A program made the translations under genes and the position numbers. From positions 83,837 to 111,257 of the forward strand of contig WELA01001736.1 of the NCBI GenBank assembly GCA_009602735.1: a DNA stretch of 27,421 nt, given 5' to 3'. Positions 10,439-22,901 of the stretch are shown one piece after another. The notes under the pieces are model-generated. The model was not told the origin of the DNA and ran no database searches. It worked only from the letters and a program-made list of their open reading frames with translations. This DNA comes from Mesotaenium endlicherianum (taxonomy: Eukaryota). Numbering within the stretch: the first letter of the stretch is position 1; every line of letters starts with the position of its first letter.

Positions 10439-12050
10439 ACACTCACCCCATGACTCTGTGGCAGAGCAGAGCATCGAGCCAGGAGTCGAGAAAATTGCGC
10501 CGACTGCAATGGCGAGGCCTTGCACCGTTAGCGCATCACACTGCCCACCTGCCTGTTAGCCAGCCAGCCAGCCAGGGGCCACCCCTGTGCTAGCAGAGCA
10601 ACTAAGTGCGAGTAGTGATGCTGCCGTCACTCATGAAGCAAGTTGTTAATGTTCTCGCGGGCTTGAAAGCGGGAAAATGCTCATGCAGGCATCGCTGCAT
10701 TTGGTCACATTGAACCCTGTGGAATACCACAAGCCAGATTTTGCTTCAAGACTAGCTCCGGACCATTGGGAGCCTGCGAAGTGCCAGCGCCACATGCAAG
10801 AGGGTGGGCCACAGCAGCTGGGAATTGGGGACCGCAGAGCCAAGCTTTGCTCTGCCTGCTCTTTTTATGTCGTGGGGGGGGGAGGAAAGGTGTGTTTTTG
10901 GGTTACGGGAAAACTGGAGTACTAGAGATCAAGCTAGCAAGGGCTGTCACCAACGCATAGGCGTGCAGGGAGTGCAGCTAAGCAGAGCTGATCAGCTCAC
11001 GGGCTAAGGAATAGCTGAAAACAGTCTAACGGGTGTGGGTTCACCCTCTGTCGCTGTAGCATCGCAACCTTCAGGGGGGTAAAGTGCTTCCAGTCTGCCA
11101 CATGATGCTAACTGCTACTACAGTACTACTACTATACTCGGAGTGGATGAAGGAAGAGGGAGTCCCCAAATTCAAAGAAGCTGAAAGCTGGCATGGAGGA
11201 GCAGCTCCAGCTAGAGCAACTGCAGCTTGAGAAGGCAGCATGACGACATGGCGTGCAACATGCATAAACCTTGAAATAAAAACAAATGTGTAGGAGAAGA
11301 TTATAATAAGATGGGGAGCTCGCTTCCTCTCTGGTGCAACCGTGGAGCTGAGTAGGATGTTGTGATACAGGACACAAGGTATGTATGCCCAGAGTACACC
11401 AGAGCTGTACCTGATGCCTGTGTGATGCCCCATAATTGCTGCCTGCTATCGCTTTCACTTCATATACCTCAGTATATGCCGATTGAACTAGATTGATACA
11501 CGGCGCTAAGCCCACACTGTAGATTGAGCGTTTCGAAAGGCAGCTTACAGTGAATGCACTGTGGATGCACCAACCCCTGTGACCATGGCCTACTTTTCCA
11601 TGCCATTTAGGCATCTGCCCCTGCCAACTACTGCAAGTCTTTTGCAACCACAGCGGAGTTGTTTGGGGGTGAACTGGAGGAAGACACAGTGAACGGAAAC
11701 ATCTGCAAGTGTCCAGCTCAGAGAAGGCGGTATTTCTCTGAACTACTAAGGCTGCATGTGCAGTTACAGAGCACCAAGGACAAGTAAGAATCACCCGGAA
11801 CGCTGTGGCTGAAAACGTCAATCTTTTTATTGATTTCATCCACCACACCACATCATCAATCTGTGAATGGCATTTTCTGATCCTGCCCAGACCAGAGGCC
11901 CGCAATGCTCTACATAAAAGCCTCCATCAACTTGTGTCTCTCTTGGTTCTCTTATCAGTAGCACCTAGCAACAACCCAAAGACTGTTCTGGCGTCTCTGG
12001 AACAGCATATACAGGGGCTCTCCTGCAAGTAAATCAGGACTTCTTGTGCA

Positions 12051-13074
12051 TCATGGCCCCCCGAGAATGGCGTTCTCAAGATCTTGCCTGCTCAAGGCAT
12101 AACTAAACTTCCTCTCGACGTCTCTCGGCAAGCTGCCTGGCCCACTTCTCAAGTACCTGACAGACAGGGAGATATAGGAAAAAGCCTCATCCAAAATGCG
12201 TCTGAAAACTATCTCTAATTCATTTGCAGATCAATATCAGACTGTTGCCCACAATAGAATCTACTTCAATGAAGGTCAGCAGGCTTCATGAATGCGCATC
12301 ACGTCATCCTTTCTCTGCCGCTACCATCAGCAGCATGTAAAGTAGCCGTTGACTGTGCAATATGGGAAGCCCTAGAAGAGAAGGTGCAGCTTTGTGTCCA
12401 CATATCGAAGTATGACTTCTCCTTCTCTATGCGGGCTTAAAAATATAGGAGGTGAAGTACTTCCTTTTGTAGAGGTCAGCTACTGTCAAGGAGACCACGT
12501 CTATTATTCACACGTCATGAGGAGACGAGGCGAGAGGGACTAAATGTTATTCTTTCACACGTACAAGACCACACAATTACTCGTGGCCACTGCAACATGC
12601 TTCATTAAGCATCTGCAATGCTGCAGTAGGCCTAGGCGGTGGTCGCACGCGCGAAAAGGCATACCTGACAATTAGATCAGTGACGTCCATTGTAAGCTCT
12701 GCATGCCAGTCCGGTCTCTCTATCCGCCAGCTTTCAGGACTACCTCTGCTCTGTTTGAACCCTAAGTCTGCCAGCCATGCCTCTATACAAGGCAAGCTAT
12801 GGGAATATAGGGCAGATTCTTTGGATGGAAGTTTCTCCAGCCAGTTGATACTTGCTTCAGCGTTAATTGCAAACAGTCTGTAGGTTCCCCTGGATCTTTG
12901 ATTGTGCTTCCCCCCTACTCTTAAGTGTATTTCTTTTGATCGATTAAAAGGATGAATAAACGGGCTACAACTACTAACGGCACTAACAGGCGCAACTTTA
13001 TGTCGCACAGAGGTGGAGAATGATGCTAATGTACAAGTTGCCGGTAGGACGGTGCCGCTTGTCAAACTTTGCAT
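12051..13074 (-). CDS. DUF3143 family protein with probable N-terminal plastid transit peptide; complement(join(12051..12156,12665..13074)), 171 aa
   Basis: Exon 1 reads LPSKESALYSHSLPCIEAWLADLGFKQS...WRIERPDWHAELTMDVTDLIV, with donor gtatgc at 12664. Exon 2 follows a pyrimidine-rich ctgtcag acceptor and reads RYLRSGPGSLPRDVERKFSYALSRQDLENAILGGP*. The LYxHxLPxIExWL and FSYALSRxDxENAILGGP motifs match the cyanobacterial/plant DUF3143 family. The N-terminus is Ser/Thr-rich and poor in acidic residues. Confidence 0.9.
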
Positions 13075-13620
13075 TGCAACTATTCTGATAGTAATGCAGC
13101 GCTGACTAAATAAGGACTCAAGCTCTCAATTGCGACAATGAATGTTATGATGGTCCAGATGCAGCAATTTGCACTGCATGTTGCGCTGAGTGTCCACAAT
13201 GGTCCACAAGAGCGTATAGTGAATACAACAACGTACGCAGTCGACTTAGAAGTTTGAAGCCCTTCGTTGAAGCGTTGTTTTTATGAATTAATTATTTCTT
13301 CAGAATATGAAGTGGGTGGATATATACAAAATATTGCATGTAATATTTGAGTTAAACACTTCCTCACATCCCCTGTTGTAGGTCGGTACTGGAGTTTACG
13401 GTTATGTAGTATACTTGTACTGTGTGCATCAAGTTTCTAAAGTACAACCAGTACAATTTTAAAGAGTGGAGCTACTCGGATGTACTCGTCCAAGCCTGTC
13501 AACAATCGTACAAAGCTTTACTCACTCGGCGTGCTGTGACACCTGCGTGACATGCGCACCAGGAACTTGACTTTGTTGACCAACAAGTGGCAAGCGTTTA
13601 TTGTCAGTGAGCGAAAAAGC
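13075..13620. promoter_or_regulatory. Probable divergent (bidirectional) promoter region with GTAC cluster
   Basis: AT-rich region between head-to-head DUF3143 (-) and pBRP1 (+); GTAC at 13233, 13386, 13417, 13442, 13451, 13482, 13508. Confidence 0.45.
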
Positions 13621-14779
13621 TACCTCTCAGACGGGCTGAACAAGGCTGAGCTGGGCTGACCGTGCTTGTCGGCCGCAGCTGATCCACCCGAATGACGCGA
13701 ACAGCAAGCCCGCGCCTGGACATCACACCCAAAAGTCTTTCTTCGATCGTCTTTCGATGGTACTGCAAGACGGTAGAAATGAATATTACAGAGCTCACAC
13801 TGGGAGAAGGTAAGATGTGATATAGCTGGGTCCTCATGGACGTCCTTCCGGTCAAGAGGAGCAGTTTCTCATTTTTCTCCCAACAAGTATCACTCGTTAT
13901 TTTATGTGTTAAAGGCGTCGAGTCAGTCTCGGTGGTCTAATGGTTTTGCTTCTATATATCGCCTCCGACTCTTGCTTGTAGTTGGTTCAGTTCAAGTCCC
14001 TTTGTAGTCGAGGGTTCTTCATTCGCTGCAGATTTTACCTTTATATAAATCTTTGAGGCCTTCTTTCTGCACCGGTGATGTGTGAATAACTAAACTGCCG
14101 CCGACAACACCTGCAACGTCTGCAGGTTTTGCCCCTCGTTCCCCGCCGTTGTGCGCATGTACCTTGCATGAAAACTATCCCAATGCGCGGGAGCATGTTT
14201 CTGGGAACATTTAATTTCCGGCAGAACTGCTGTTCCGTACTTTTCTCGGTTTTTCAAAGAAACGGGCGCCTTCTTCCAATCCTCCTCTTGGTTCTTTACT
14301 TGCTTATTAGTCTCTTGGATTGAAATAGGCGGCTAGCGTGCACGCGGATGGAAAAAAAACGTTTTAGCTGGAGAATCAGCGGTAGTGTGCAATCTCTGCT
14401 TGCCCGCCCGAGTACTGGCCCTGTCATTGTTCACCTAGTAATACTCAGCCATAGAAGGGATGCTTAAAATTTAAAGTAAGAATCAGTAGGGCGCTACACT
14501 TGTGGTAACAGGTGGATTGAAGAGTGGCTGGTAACAGGTGGACTGTAAAGTAGCTTGTGCTTACGATTGAGTGTATCTGACGGCATGATTGGTCGTCTGA
14601 AGTTGAAGGGTGAGTGGATGGGTGTATCACACATGCTCTCTTTTGTAGAGAGTTGCCCCCCGCATGTTGACAAAAGCACTAGCTTGAAGGAGGTAAACAA
14701 AAAGTTTGAAACCTGGGTGATATGCAATGAAGGGAAGGTTGGTCCAACTACAAAAAGAGTCAGCTGGAAATGGGCCAGA

Positions 14780-15310
14780 CAAGAAAGGGGGGAAGGTAGG
14801 AGGGGGAGGGAGGGAGAGAGAGGGGGGGAAGGATTAGAGGGAGTGGGAGGGAGTGAGACAGGGACTGAAGTATAGAGAGAAGGAGAGGGAGAGAGAGGGA
14901 GGGAGGGAGTGAGGGAGGAAGGGAGCAAGAAAGGGGGGGAGGTGGAGAAAGTGGCGGGGAGGGAGCAGGGAGGGGTGGAGGGAGGGAGCNNNNNNNNNNN
15001 NNNNNNNNNNNNNNNNNNNNNNNNNNNNNNNNNNNNNNNNNNNNNNNNNNNNNNNNNNNNNNNNNNNNNNNNNNNNNNNNNNNNNNNNNNNNNNNNNNNN
15101 NNNNNNNNNNNNNNNNNNNNNNNNNNNNNNNNNNNNNNNNNNNNNNNNNNNNNNNNNNNNNNNNNNNNNNNNNNNAGGGAGGGGGGGAGGGAGGGAGGGA
15201 GTGAAAGGGAAAGAGGAGGAGGAAAAGGCAGAGAGGGAGATAGAGAGGGAAGGAGGGGAAAGTCAAAAGGAAGAGCAAGGGCGACGTCAGAGGGGGAGGG
15301 AGGAGGAAGC
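14780..15310. repeat. Polypurine (GA/GGA-rich) low-complexity tract with a 186-N gap (14990-15175), probably inside a 5'UTR intron of pBRP1
   Basis: Read directly; acceptor-like ctcgcag ends at 15527. Confidence 0.8.
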
Positions 15311-15568
15311 GGAGAGCGTTGGAGGGGCGGTAGCGGAGAAGGTAGGGGCACTTGTTGCTGCACGCCTCTGTGATGGCCCGAGCTCTGCCTGACTCCGTCA
15401 AACAGTTTCATATTGTGGAGGAGTAGGGCTAAGCCCTCTGATGATCTTGATGCAGACGATATTGTCAAAAATGATAGGTCAAAAGCACCAGGCACTCACC
15501 TGCGTGCCCTCTGGTTGCTGCTCGCAGGGGCATAGCACAGATACGCTGCTGAGTCAGCACTGCTGAGT

Positions 15569-16600
15569 ATGGGAGCCCCCGACGATGAGGGCACCTTCGG
15601 CTGCACCATGGGTGGCGGGAGCGGCGGCCGCCCGGTGCTGAGGCAGGCCAGGTGTCCACACTGCGGCTCCGACAAGGGCGTCAGCAGCGCCCGCATGCTC
15701 GCCAGCTGTCGCGTGTGCGGCTGCGTGCTGGCGGAGCGCGAGATCCGCGGCCAGGAGCTCTTTGTGGAGTCCATCCAGGACGAGCCCTTCTATATAGTGA
15801 CGCCCGACTTCAGCATCAACGGCGGCACTGGCGCCGGTGGCGACAACAGCGACATCGACGACAGAGAGCCTGGCGGGGAGCGATGGAAGGGCGAGGACAG
15901 AGGCAGCTTTGGAAGCGGGGGCGACGGTGCCGGCGAAAGCGGCGGGGCTGGCGGCGACGGGGGCGGAGGTGGGGGCGGAGGCAAGTACGCGACCGGGCCG
16001 CTGGAGGACGACCCGTTTGAGAGCGTCGGCTTTATCTCGGCGTTCTCGCTGGCGTCGCTGGAGACAGCGCCCCTCTTCACCAGCGTGGCCAGCAGCCGCG
16101 GCGGCCAGCTGGCGGAGCTGGAGCGCGTGTTTGGCGACGCGCTGCACGCGACCACTTACGCCGGCAGCCTCACCAGCGTCTCCGATAACGTGCGCGCCTA
16201 CCTCCAGATCGTTGAGACCGCGTCGCTCCTTGCTGCCGCCGCCTCTGCTGCCGCCTCCGCCGCCCCAAACTCCGCCGCCGCCGCCGCCAAGGCCAACGCC
16301 GACAGCGCCACCAATGGGGCAAGCGCCAGCTCCCTCGCTGGTGGCGCTGCCGTTGGCGGCGCTAACGCCGGCAGCGGCCGCAACGGCAGCAGCAGCGGGG
16401 GCGACGGCGCCAACACGGGCGGCGGCGGCGGCACAAACCTGAAGAGCGGCGGTGGCGGCGATGCGGTGGCGGCGGTGGAGCCGGCGGTGCGGCTGTACCG
16501 CGAGTGCAGCGGGGCGTACCTGGTGCGCAGCCGCAACGTGGAGGGCCTGGCCACGGCGGCGCTGGTGCAGGCCATGCACGACGAGCCCCCCTCGCTGGAG
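15569..16600 (+). CDS. PBRP1: pBRP1 coding exon 1 (Zn ribbon, start of cyclin fold 1)
   Basis: ATG at 15569; ends ...DEPPSLE with donor gtgcgc at 16601. Confidence 0.88.
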
Positions 16601-19600
16601 GTGCGCCCGCCTCCCTCCCTTGCCCGCGCGCTTGCTCGCCCTCCCACAAGCGAGCATGCTCGCTGCTCGGCCTCCTCGCTCGCTCGCTCGCTCTCTTTCT
16701 CTCTCCCTTCCCCGCCGCCTATTGCGCCGCACCGCGCTCCTGCGTGTCCCGCCCGCCTGTCCTGTTTGCCTTAGAGCGCGCACGCGTGGGAGCCGTGCTC
16801 CTGACTGGCGGCCGTTTTGCGTTCCATTGAGTTGCGCGTGTCAAAACGGGCCACCATGTGGCACACCTCGCAGGGCCCCTTCACGCCCGCCTGTGCAGGG
16901 GCCCTCGCCTTCCAGTCCGCTCCCACCCCACTCAGGCCGCGCTAAACTCTCACTCAATGCTCAGCAGCGCTTTCTCCGCTGGCCTCTTGCCTCTGGCCTC
17001 TAGTGCTGGTGCCGGGGCCGGGTGGGCATGTCCCCTGCGTCTCTGGCCGTCAATTTGGGTTAGGGCTTCGGGTTCAAGGGCCCAGGGAGGGCTTTTTGTG
17101 GGAGCCAACGTCGTGGGCTCCTGCCTCCTCCCTGCTCCCTCCAAGCATGGGACGTCCTCTAAGCGGCATCATCAATCACCTCGTTGATGCTTGCTGCATG
17201 TGAAGGCTACGCCTTCTTTCCAAGCCCCGCCGCGGTTGTACGCTTTGACCTGGCAAAAGCGGGGGAGGCAGGAGTGGGAAAAGTGTGTGTGGGGGGTCCT
17301 TTCCCCTTCCATCCAGGCAGAGCGCCCCATTCCACTCTTCCCCCAGATACTTGCTCTTCCATCGCCCCCCTCAGAGTTGGCGCCTCTTTCATGGGGAAGA
17401 GCTGCCTTTTCCTCCTCACTGCAGGACGCAGGAGCAGCATCAGCAGCATGTGCTCTTCCTCTGTCCCTTCCCCCAATGCTGATAATGGGAGGGGCGAAGG
17501 AGAGCCTGCGTCCTCCTCCTGTTTCTCTGCAGCAGCAGCATCAGCGCGTCACAGTGGCAGCACGCAACCCCCCACTGCTGATGGAGCAACGTGGGAGGAG
17601 GTAGGGAGGGTAGAGAGGGAGGAAGCGCCTGACGTTCCTGCCCCCCTACCCGCTCACCTCCCCATCTCAAAGCCTGCTGCGACGTCGCGTGCCCTTCTGC
17701 TCACCTCCCATCTCGCGACGGGGCGTAACGTGGTGGCGTAACGTTGCTTGGTGTAGTGCGGTGACATGGGGTGTGATTTGGCGGCGTGTGGTGCTGGGAT
17801 GGGAGGGTGTGCTGGGGCGGTGGGTGGTGGCGCTGGGGCGGNNNNNNNNNNNNNNNNNNNNNNNNNNNNNNNNNNNNNNNNNNNNNNNNNNNNNNNNNNN
17901 NNNNNNNNNNNNNNNNNNNNNNNNNNNNNNNNNNNNNNNNNNNNNNNNNNNNNNNNNNNNNNNNNNNNNNNNNNNNNNNNNNNNNNNNNNNNNNNNNNNN
18001 NNNNNNNNNNNNNNNNNNNNNNNNNNNNNNNNNNNNNNNNNNNNNNNNNNNNNNNNNNNNNNNNNNNNNNNNNNNNNNNNNNNNNNNNNNNNNNNNNNNN
18101 NNNNNNNNNNNNNNNNNNNNNNNNNNNNNNNNNNNNNNNNNNNNNNNNNNNNNNNNNNNNNNNNNNNNNNNNNNNNNNNNNNNNNNNNNNNNNNNNNNNN
18201 NNNNNNNNNNNNNNNNNNNNNNNNNNNNNNNNNNNNNNNNNNNNNNNNNNNNNNNNNNNNNNNNNNNNNNNNNNNNNNNNNNGGGGGGGATTGCAGGAGG
18301 TGGCGGCGGCGTCGGGCATCGCGGCCAAGGACATGGCGCGCAACGTGCGGCAGCTGCAGGAGGAGATGAAGCACCACCTGCCGCTGCTGGCGGCCAACGC
18401 CATCTCCGTGCACATGCCGCGCTTCTGCGGCATCCTGCAGCTGCAGGACAGCACGCTGGTGTGCTCCCGCTCTCCCCCTGCTCACGCGCGCGTGCGCGCT
18501 CGCACTCTTGCTCCCCCTCTGGCTCCCGCCCTCGGCTCTCCCACGGGCCTTGCTCTTGCCCGCTCAACGGCAATCACACTTGCTCTAGCCCTCGCACACG
18601 CCCTCGCCCAAGCACGAGCACGAGCACGAGCACGAGCATATGCGCATCCTGTTTGGCTGCGCAGCACATCCGCTTGCACCCATACGCTCGCCCTCCTCCC
18701 GTCTCGGCCTCGTTGGCTGCAAAGACATCGATGCACGCTTGCGTGGGCACGCGCGCACGGCCATTAGTCCACCATGCTGGCTCTTGACCCTTGCCGGCGC
18801 ACTCGCACGCTTGCACAATTGCACGCTCGCTCTTGACCCCCTCCCCCCATGCGGTGGCGTCAGTCTGTAAAGGGGGGGGGGTGGGTGTGTGCTTGTGCAC
18901 ATGCACCAGAGAGGCAGGCCGTATGAGCGCCCGCGGCAACGGGGGCAGGTGGAACTGCTGTGGTGGGGGTGGGCATGGATGAGCGTGGGAACTTGGGCGA
19001 GCTGGCCAGGCTCCCCGCCTGACACGCGCTGCGCTGTGCTGCTGTCTGCTGCCTTTCTTGCTTCATCACCGTTTGGAATGTCCAGTCTTTTTCCTTCTCA
19101 ACGGAGGGGGGCAGGGGCTCTGAGGTTTAGCGACGATTTCGTTCGTGTACGGGTAGATTTGGTGGATGCGTCTCTGATTGCCTGCTTGTGTGCATCTCCA
19201 CCTGTCCCTTACGCCTGCTAGTGTTTGAACGCGTGCGTGTGCTTTGCGTGTGCGTGCGCGTCTGTGCGCACGTGTGTGCACGTGTGCGGCGGGGCTGCTG
19301 GCTCGAGCGAGCGCGCGCACGGCAGGAGCTGGCGACGCACATCGGCGATGTGGTGATCACCAAGAGCTTCTGCACGCGCCGCAACCCCATCAGCATCTCC
19401 GCCGCCGCCATCTACCTGTCGTGCCAGCTGGAGGACACGCGCAAGACGCAGACCGAGATCTGCAAGGCCACGGGCCTCACCGAGGTACGCCCCAGCTGGC
19501 GGGCGGCCGGGCCGGACGGGCATTGAGGGAGAGCACACGAGCGAGCGAGCGTGCAAGCGAGCGTGCGTGCGTGTGCAACGTGCAGCTCATTGAGAAAGAC

Positions 19601-22338
19601 AGCGCAAGAATACAAATGCTTAGGGTACACGACGGACAATGGATCGCAGTGGCAACACGTGGCAGCACTGCAGGACGACACCGCCACACGAAACCCAACA
19701 CGGCCCCGCACCCAATACGGCACTTTATTCATTCACACCCTACGCAACCTACCCGAAGGGGCACGTCACCCCCCAGCATGCGCAGCAGCAGACTCCCACT
19801 TGTCTGTGCGTCTCCCGGTGCCTCCTGCCCGCCCTGCCCGCTGGTGGCTCTGGCTTTTCTGACATCATCTGATCTGCGGACATTGCCCGAGGAAGAAGCA
19901 GGAGGGCGCCTTCCTTACTTTTCCGTTTTGGCGCTTTTGTGTGCGGTTGAACAGACACTCGGGGGGATCACTACGCCTCTGGCAGACGTCGGTGCTTTAG
20001 TCTGACCACTTCTTACCCTCTTCTCCTTATCCCCCTCCAATGTCCTCTCCCTCTCCCGCTCACGGACTAATTGCGTGTGTGTGTGTGTGTGTGTGTGTGT
20101 GCCCCCATGTGTGCGTGAGCGTGCCTGTTGCGCGTGTGTGTTGCCCCCATGTGTGCGTGAGCGTGCGTGTTGCCTGTGTGTGCATGTATGCTCGTGCTCG
20201 AGCGGGGGTGTGCACGTGTGCGTGCTTCTGGGCTTGCGCGCGCGCGCATGTGTGTGTGTGCCGCCCGGCAGGTGACGTTGCGCAAGGTGTACAAGGAGCT
20301 GCTGGAGAATCTGGATGACCTGCTGCCGCCCAACTACACGCCGGCCGTGCCGCCCGAGCGAGCCTTCCCGCAGGGTGGCGGCGGCGGCGGCGGCGGCGGG
20401 AGTGGAGCCCGCAATGCTGGCCCTAAAGCCGCCCTTCTCGCCGCCCACTCTGACGACGACCTCCTCAACGGCGGCTCAGAGGCCGACTTCCGAGTGTCGC
20501 CGCCCACCCCTAGCCACCAGGGGGAGTCGCAGCGGGCGGCAGCGGACGGCGAGCCTTTCCCGCCTTCGCCAGCCGCAGAGTGCGGCGGCATGCGTGCACC
20601 AAACAGCGGCGGTGGGAGCAGGGGGCAGCGGCCCAAGGGGAATGCGTGGGGAGGCCTGGGTACCCACATCGGCAGCGGTCTCCTCAAAGCCCTGGGAGCT
20701 CAACAGGGGGCGCATGGCGACGACAAGGCTGAGGGAGGAGCGGGAGCAGGTGCAGGAGGGGGGCCGGAGGGCGGCAGTGGGAAGGAGGCGGTGCCGGCGC
20801 CGGCACCGGCGTTGGGGGCGGCGGCGGCAGCGGCAGCGGCTGCATATGCCGACGAGGCAAAGAAAAAGCGTGACAACGTGCGCGAGCAGGAGCGGCAGAG
20901 ACAGCAGGCCAAGCGGGACCGCGACAGGGCTGCGCGCGTGCGCGAGCGCCAGTTGAAGTCGGCGGCAACGGCGGCGGCGGCGGTGGCGGCTGGGAAGGGG
21001 TCGGGGGGAAGAAAAGGGGGGTCGCCAGACGCGGGCAGGGGGGGGCAGGCAGCGGGCGGGGGGCAGCAGCGTCGCTGCCTCCCGCAAAATCAGTACCTCC
21101 GGGCGGCGCTAGAGCGTGTAGGAGGGCAGGACCCGCTGCCCCACACGGCTCCGTCGCCGCCGTCGTCTCTGCGGACGTCTCTGTCGTCACCTCTGCCATC
21201 ACCTTCGTCTTTGCCGTCGCCATTGCAGTCTGCTGCTGCTGGTGCGGCGGCTGCCGCTGCTGCCGCCCAGCACCACCAGCAAGGGGCGGACAACGCAGGC
21301 ACCGGCGACGGCGAGGGAGAGGGCAGTGGGGGACCCAAGCCGTCTGCGCAGCAGTGCCAGCTGGTGGGCGGCACTGCAGTTGCCGCCGCCCCCTTTGCCG
21401 GTTCTCGGGGGGACTCGCAAGCAGATGCAGATCCCCCCATGGCGGTGGCTGGCCAGCTGGCTGCAACAGACGATCGCCAGCCGAACTTGAACCCAATCCC
21501 AAATCTCAGTCCAAACCTCAACTTTAACCCCAACCCCAAATTAAACTTCAACCCCGACCTGGCAACGATGGCGGCGGCGGCGGCGGCGGCAGCTGCGATG
21601 GCAGCAGCAGTGGCAGCGGGGGGGGCGGGAACGGCAGCAGCAGCAGGAGGGGCTGGGTCAACGGCGGCGTCAGCCGGCGGGGCTCCTGCGGGCATGCCAC
21701 CTGGCTTCCGCTCGCCCTTTGCAGGCTTCAACCCCATGGACCCGCGCGCGTTCCAGTGGCCGCAGTTCTACCAGGCGCTGGCCCTTCAGAGTCAGAGTGC
21801 TCTCCAGGGAGGCCCCCATGGGCAGGGGAGGGGCCAGGGCACGGGGGGGGAGGGGCTGAGCACAGGCAGCAATGCCGTAAGAGGCGCGCAGGACGGGGTG
21901 CCAGGTGGCAGCAGGAAGGAGGGGTCCAAGGTGGAGGGGGGGCAGATGCCAATGCCCAGCAGCTACCTGCCCCCCTGGATGCAGGCGGCAACAGCTGGCG
22001 GAGGAGGAGGGGAGCAGTGCCCGGACGGGAGCGGGGGGGGAGCTGCTGGGGGTGCTGCTGCCACGCAGGGGAGGAGTGGGGTGGGTGGTGCTGGAGAGCA
22101 GGTGAGCCCAACAGCTGCCGCGATGGCGTTGGCCGAGAGAGAGCGCCAAGTGTCGCAGCTGGAGAAGGAGAAGGGGCGCGAGCGGGAGGCGAAGCGGGCA
22201 CGGCAGGCGGACGAGGAGTTCGAGGAGAAGGTTCGCGAGGTAGAGCACAAGCGCCAGCAGAAGCAGCAGAAGCAGCAGCAGCAGAAAGAGCAGCAGCAGC
22301 AGGTGCAGCATCAACAAAGGCAACAGCAACAGCAGCAA

Positions 22339-22387
<49 letters not shown>

Positions 22388-22869
22388 CGGCCTTTGCGAG
22401 CGCGCAGCTCCAGGCGCAGCTTCACGCGCAGGCGCAGGCACAGGTGGCGCAGGCGCAAGCCCTTGCCATGGGCCTCCGGGCGGGGCCGGGGGGGGGCCTG
22501 CCCCAGCAGCAGCTGCAGCAGCTGCAGCTGCAGCAAGTGGCGGCGGCGGCGGCCGCAGCAAAGGTGGTGACGGCAGCTGGCGCCTCTGGCAGCAGGCCCC
22601 CGGGGCTTGGGATGGGGATGGGAATCCCAGGCATGCCCGGCCTGCAGGCCCTGCAGGGGCTGCAAGGCCTTCCTAATCCGAGCCAGTACATGGGCATGAG
22701 CATGGGCAGCATGGGAGCGTGGCCCTTCCCCTTCATGGGGGTGGGGGGGGTGGGCCAGGCGGGGGCGTCCCCGGCGTCAGTGGCGGCGGCGGCGGCCGCG
22801 TGGAACAGCATGATGCAGGCGCAGATGCTGCAGTCCCAGGCTCAGGCCAAGGTGCAGGCCATGCAGACC

Positions 22870-22901
<32 letters not shown>

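Noticed and set aside
10054..10593. ER/SL-repeat ORFs
   Set aside because: They are translations of the (GA)n tract and N gap.
13926..14005. tRNA-like A box (TGGTCTAATGG, 13933-13943) and B box (GTTCAAGTCC, 13990-13999)
   Set aside because: The acceptor and T stems do not pair, so no cloverleaf forms. At most this is a decayed tRNA/SINE-like relic or coincidence; tRNAscan-SE would settle it.
14504..14542. Direct repeat GGTAACAGGTGGA x2
   Set aside because: Only two short copies exist with no spacer array, so it is neither CRISPR-like nor an evident transposon end.
14494..15495. 333-aa Pro/Ser/Leu-rich minus-strand ORF
   Set aside because: The frame is open only because of a polypurine tract and a 186-N gap.
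17654..18787. Long ORFs spanning the 441-N gap, and the idea that a pBRP1 exon is hidden in the gap
   Set aside because: The ORFs are inflated by Ns. Exon 1 (...PPSLE) joins exon 2 (EVAAAS...) with no obvious missing conserved sequence.
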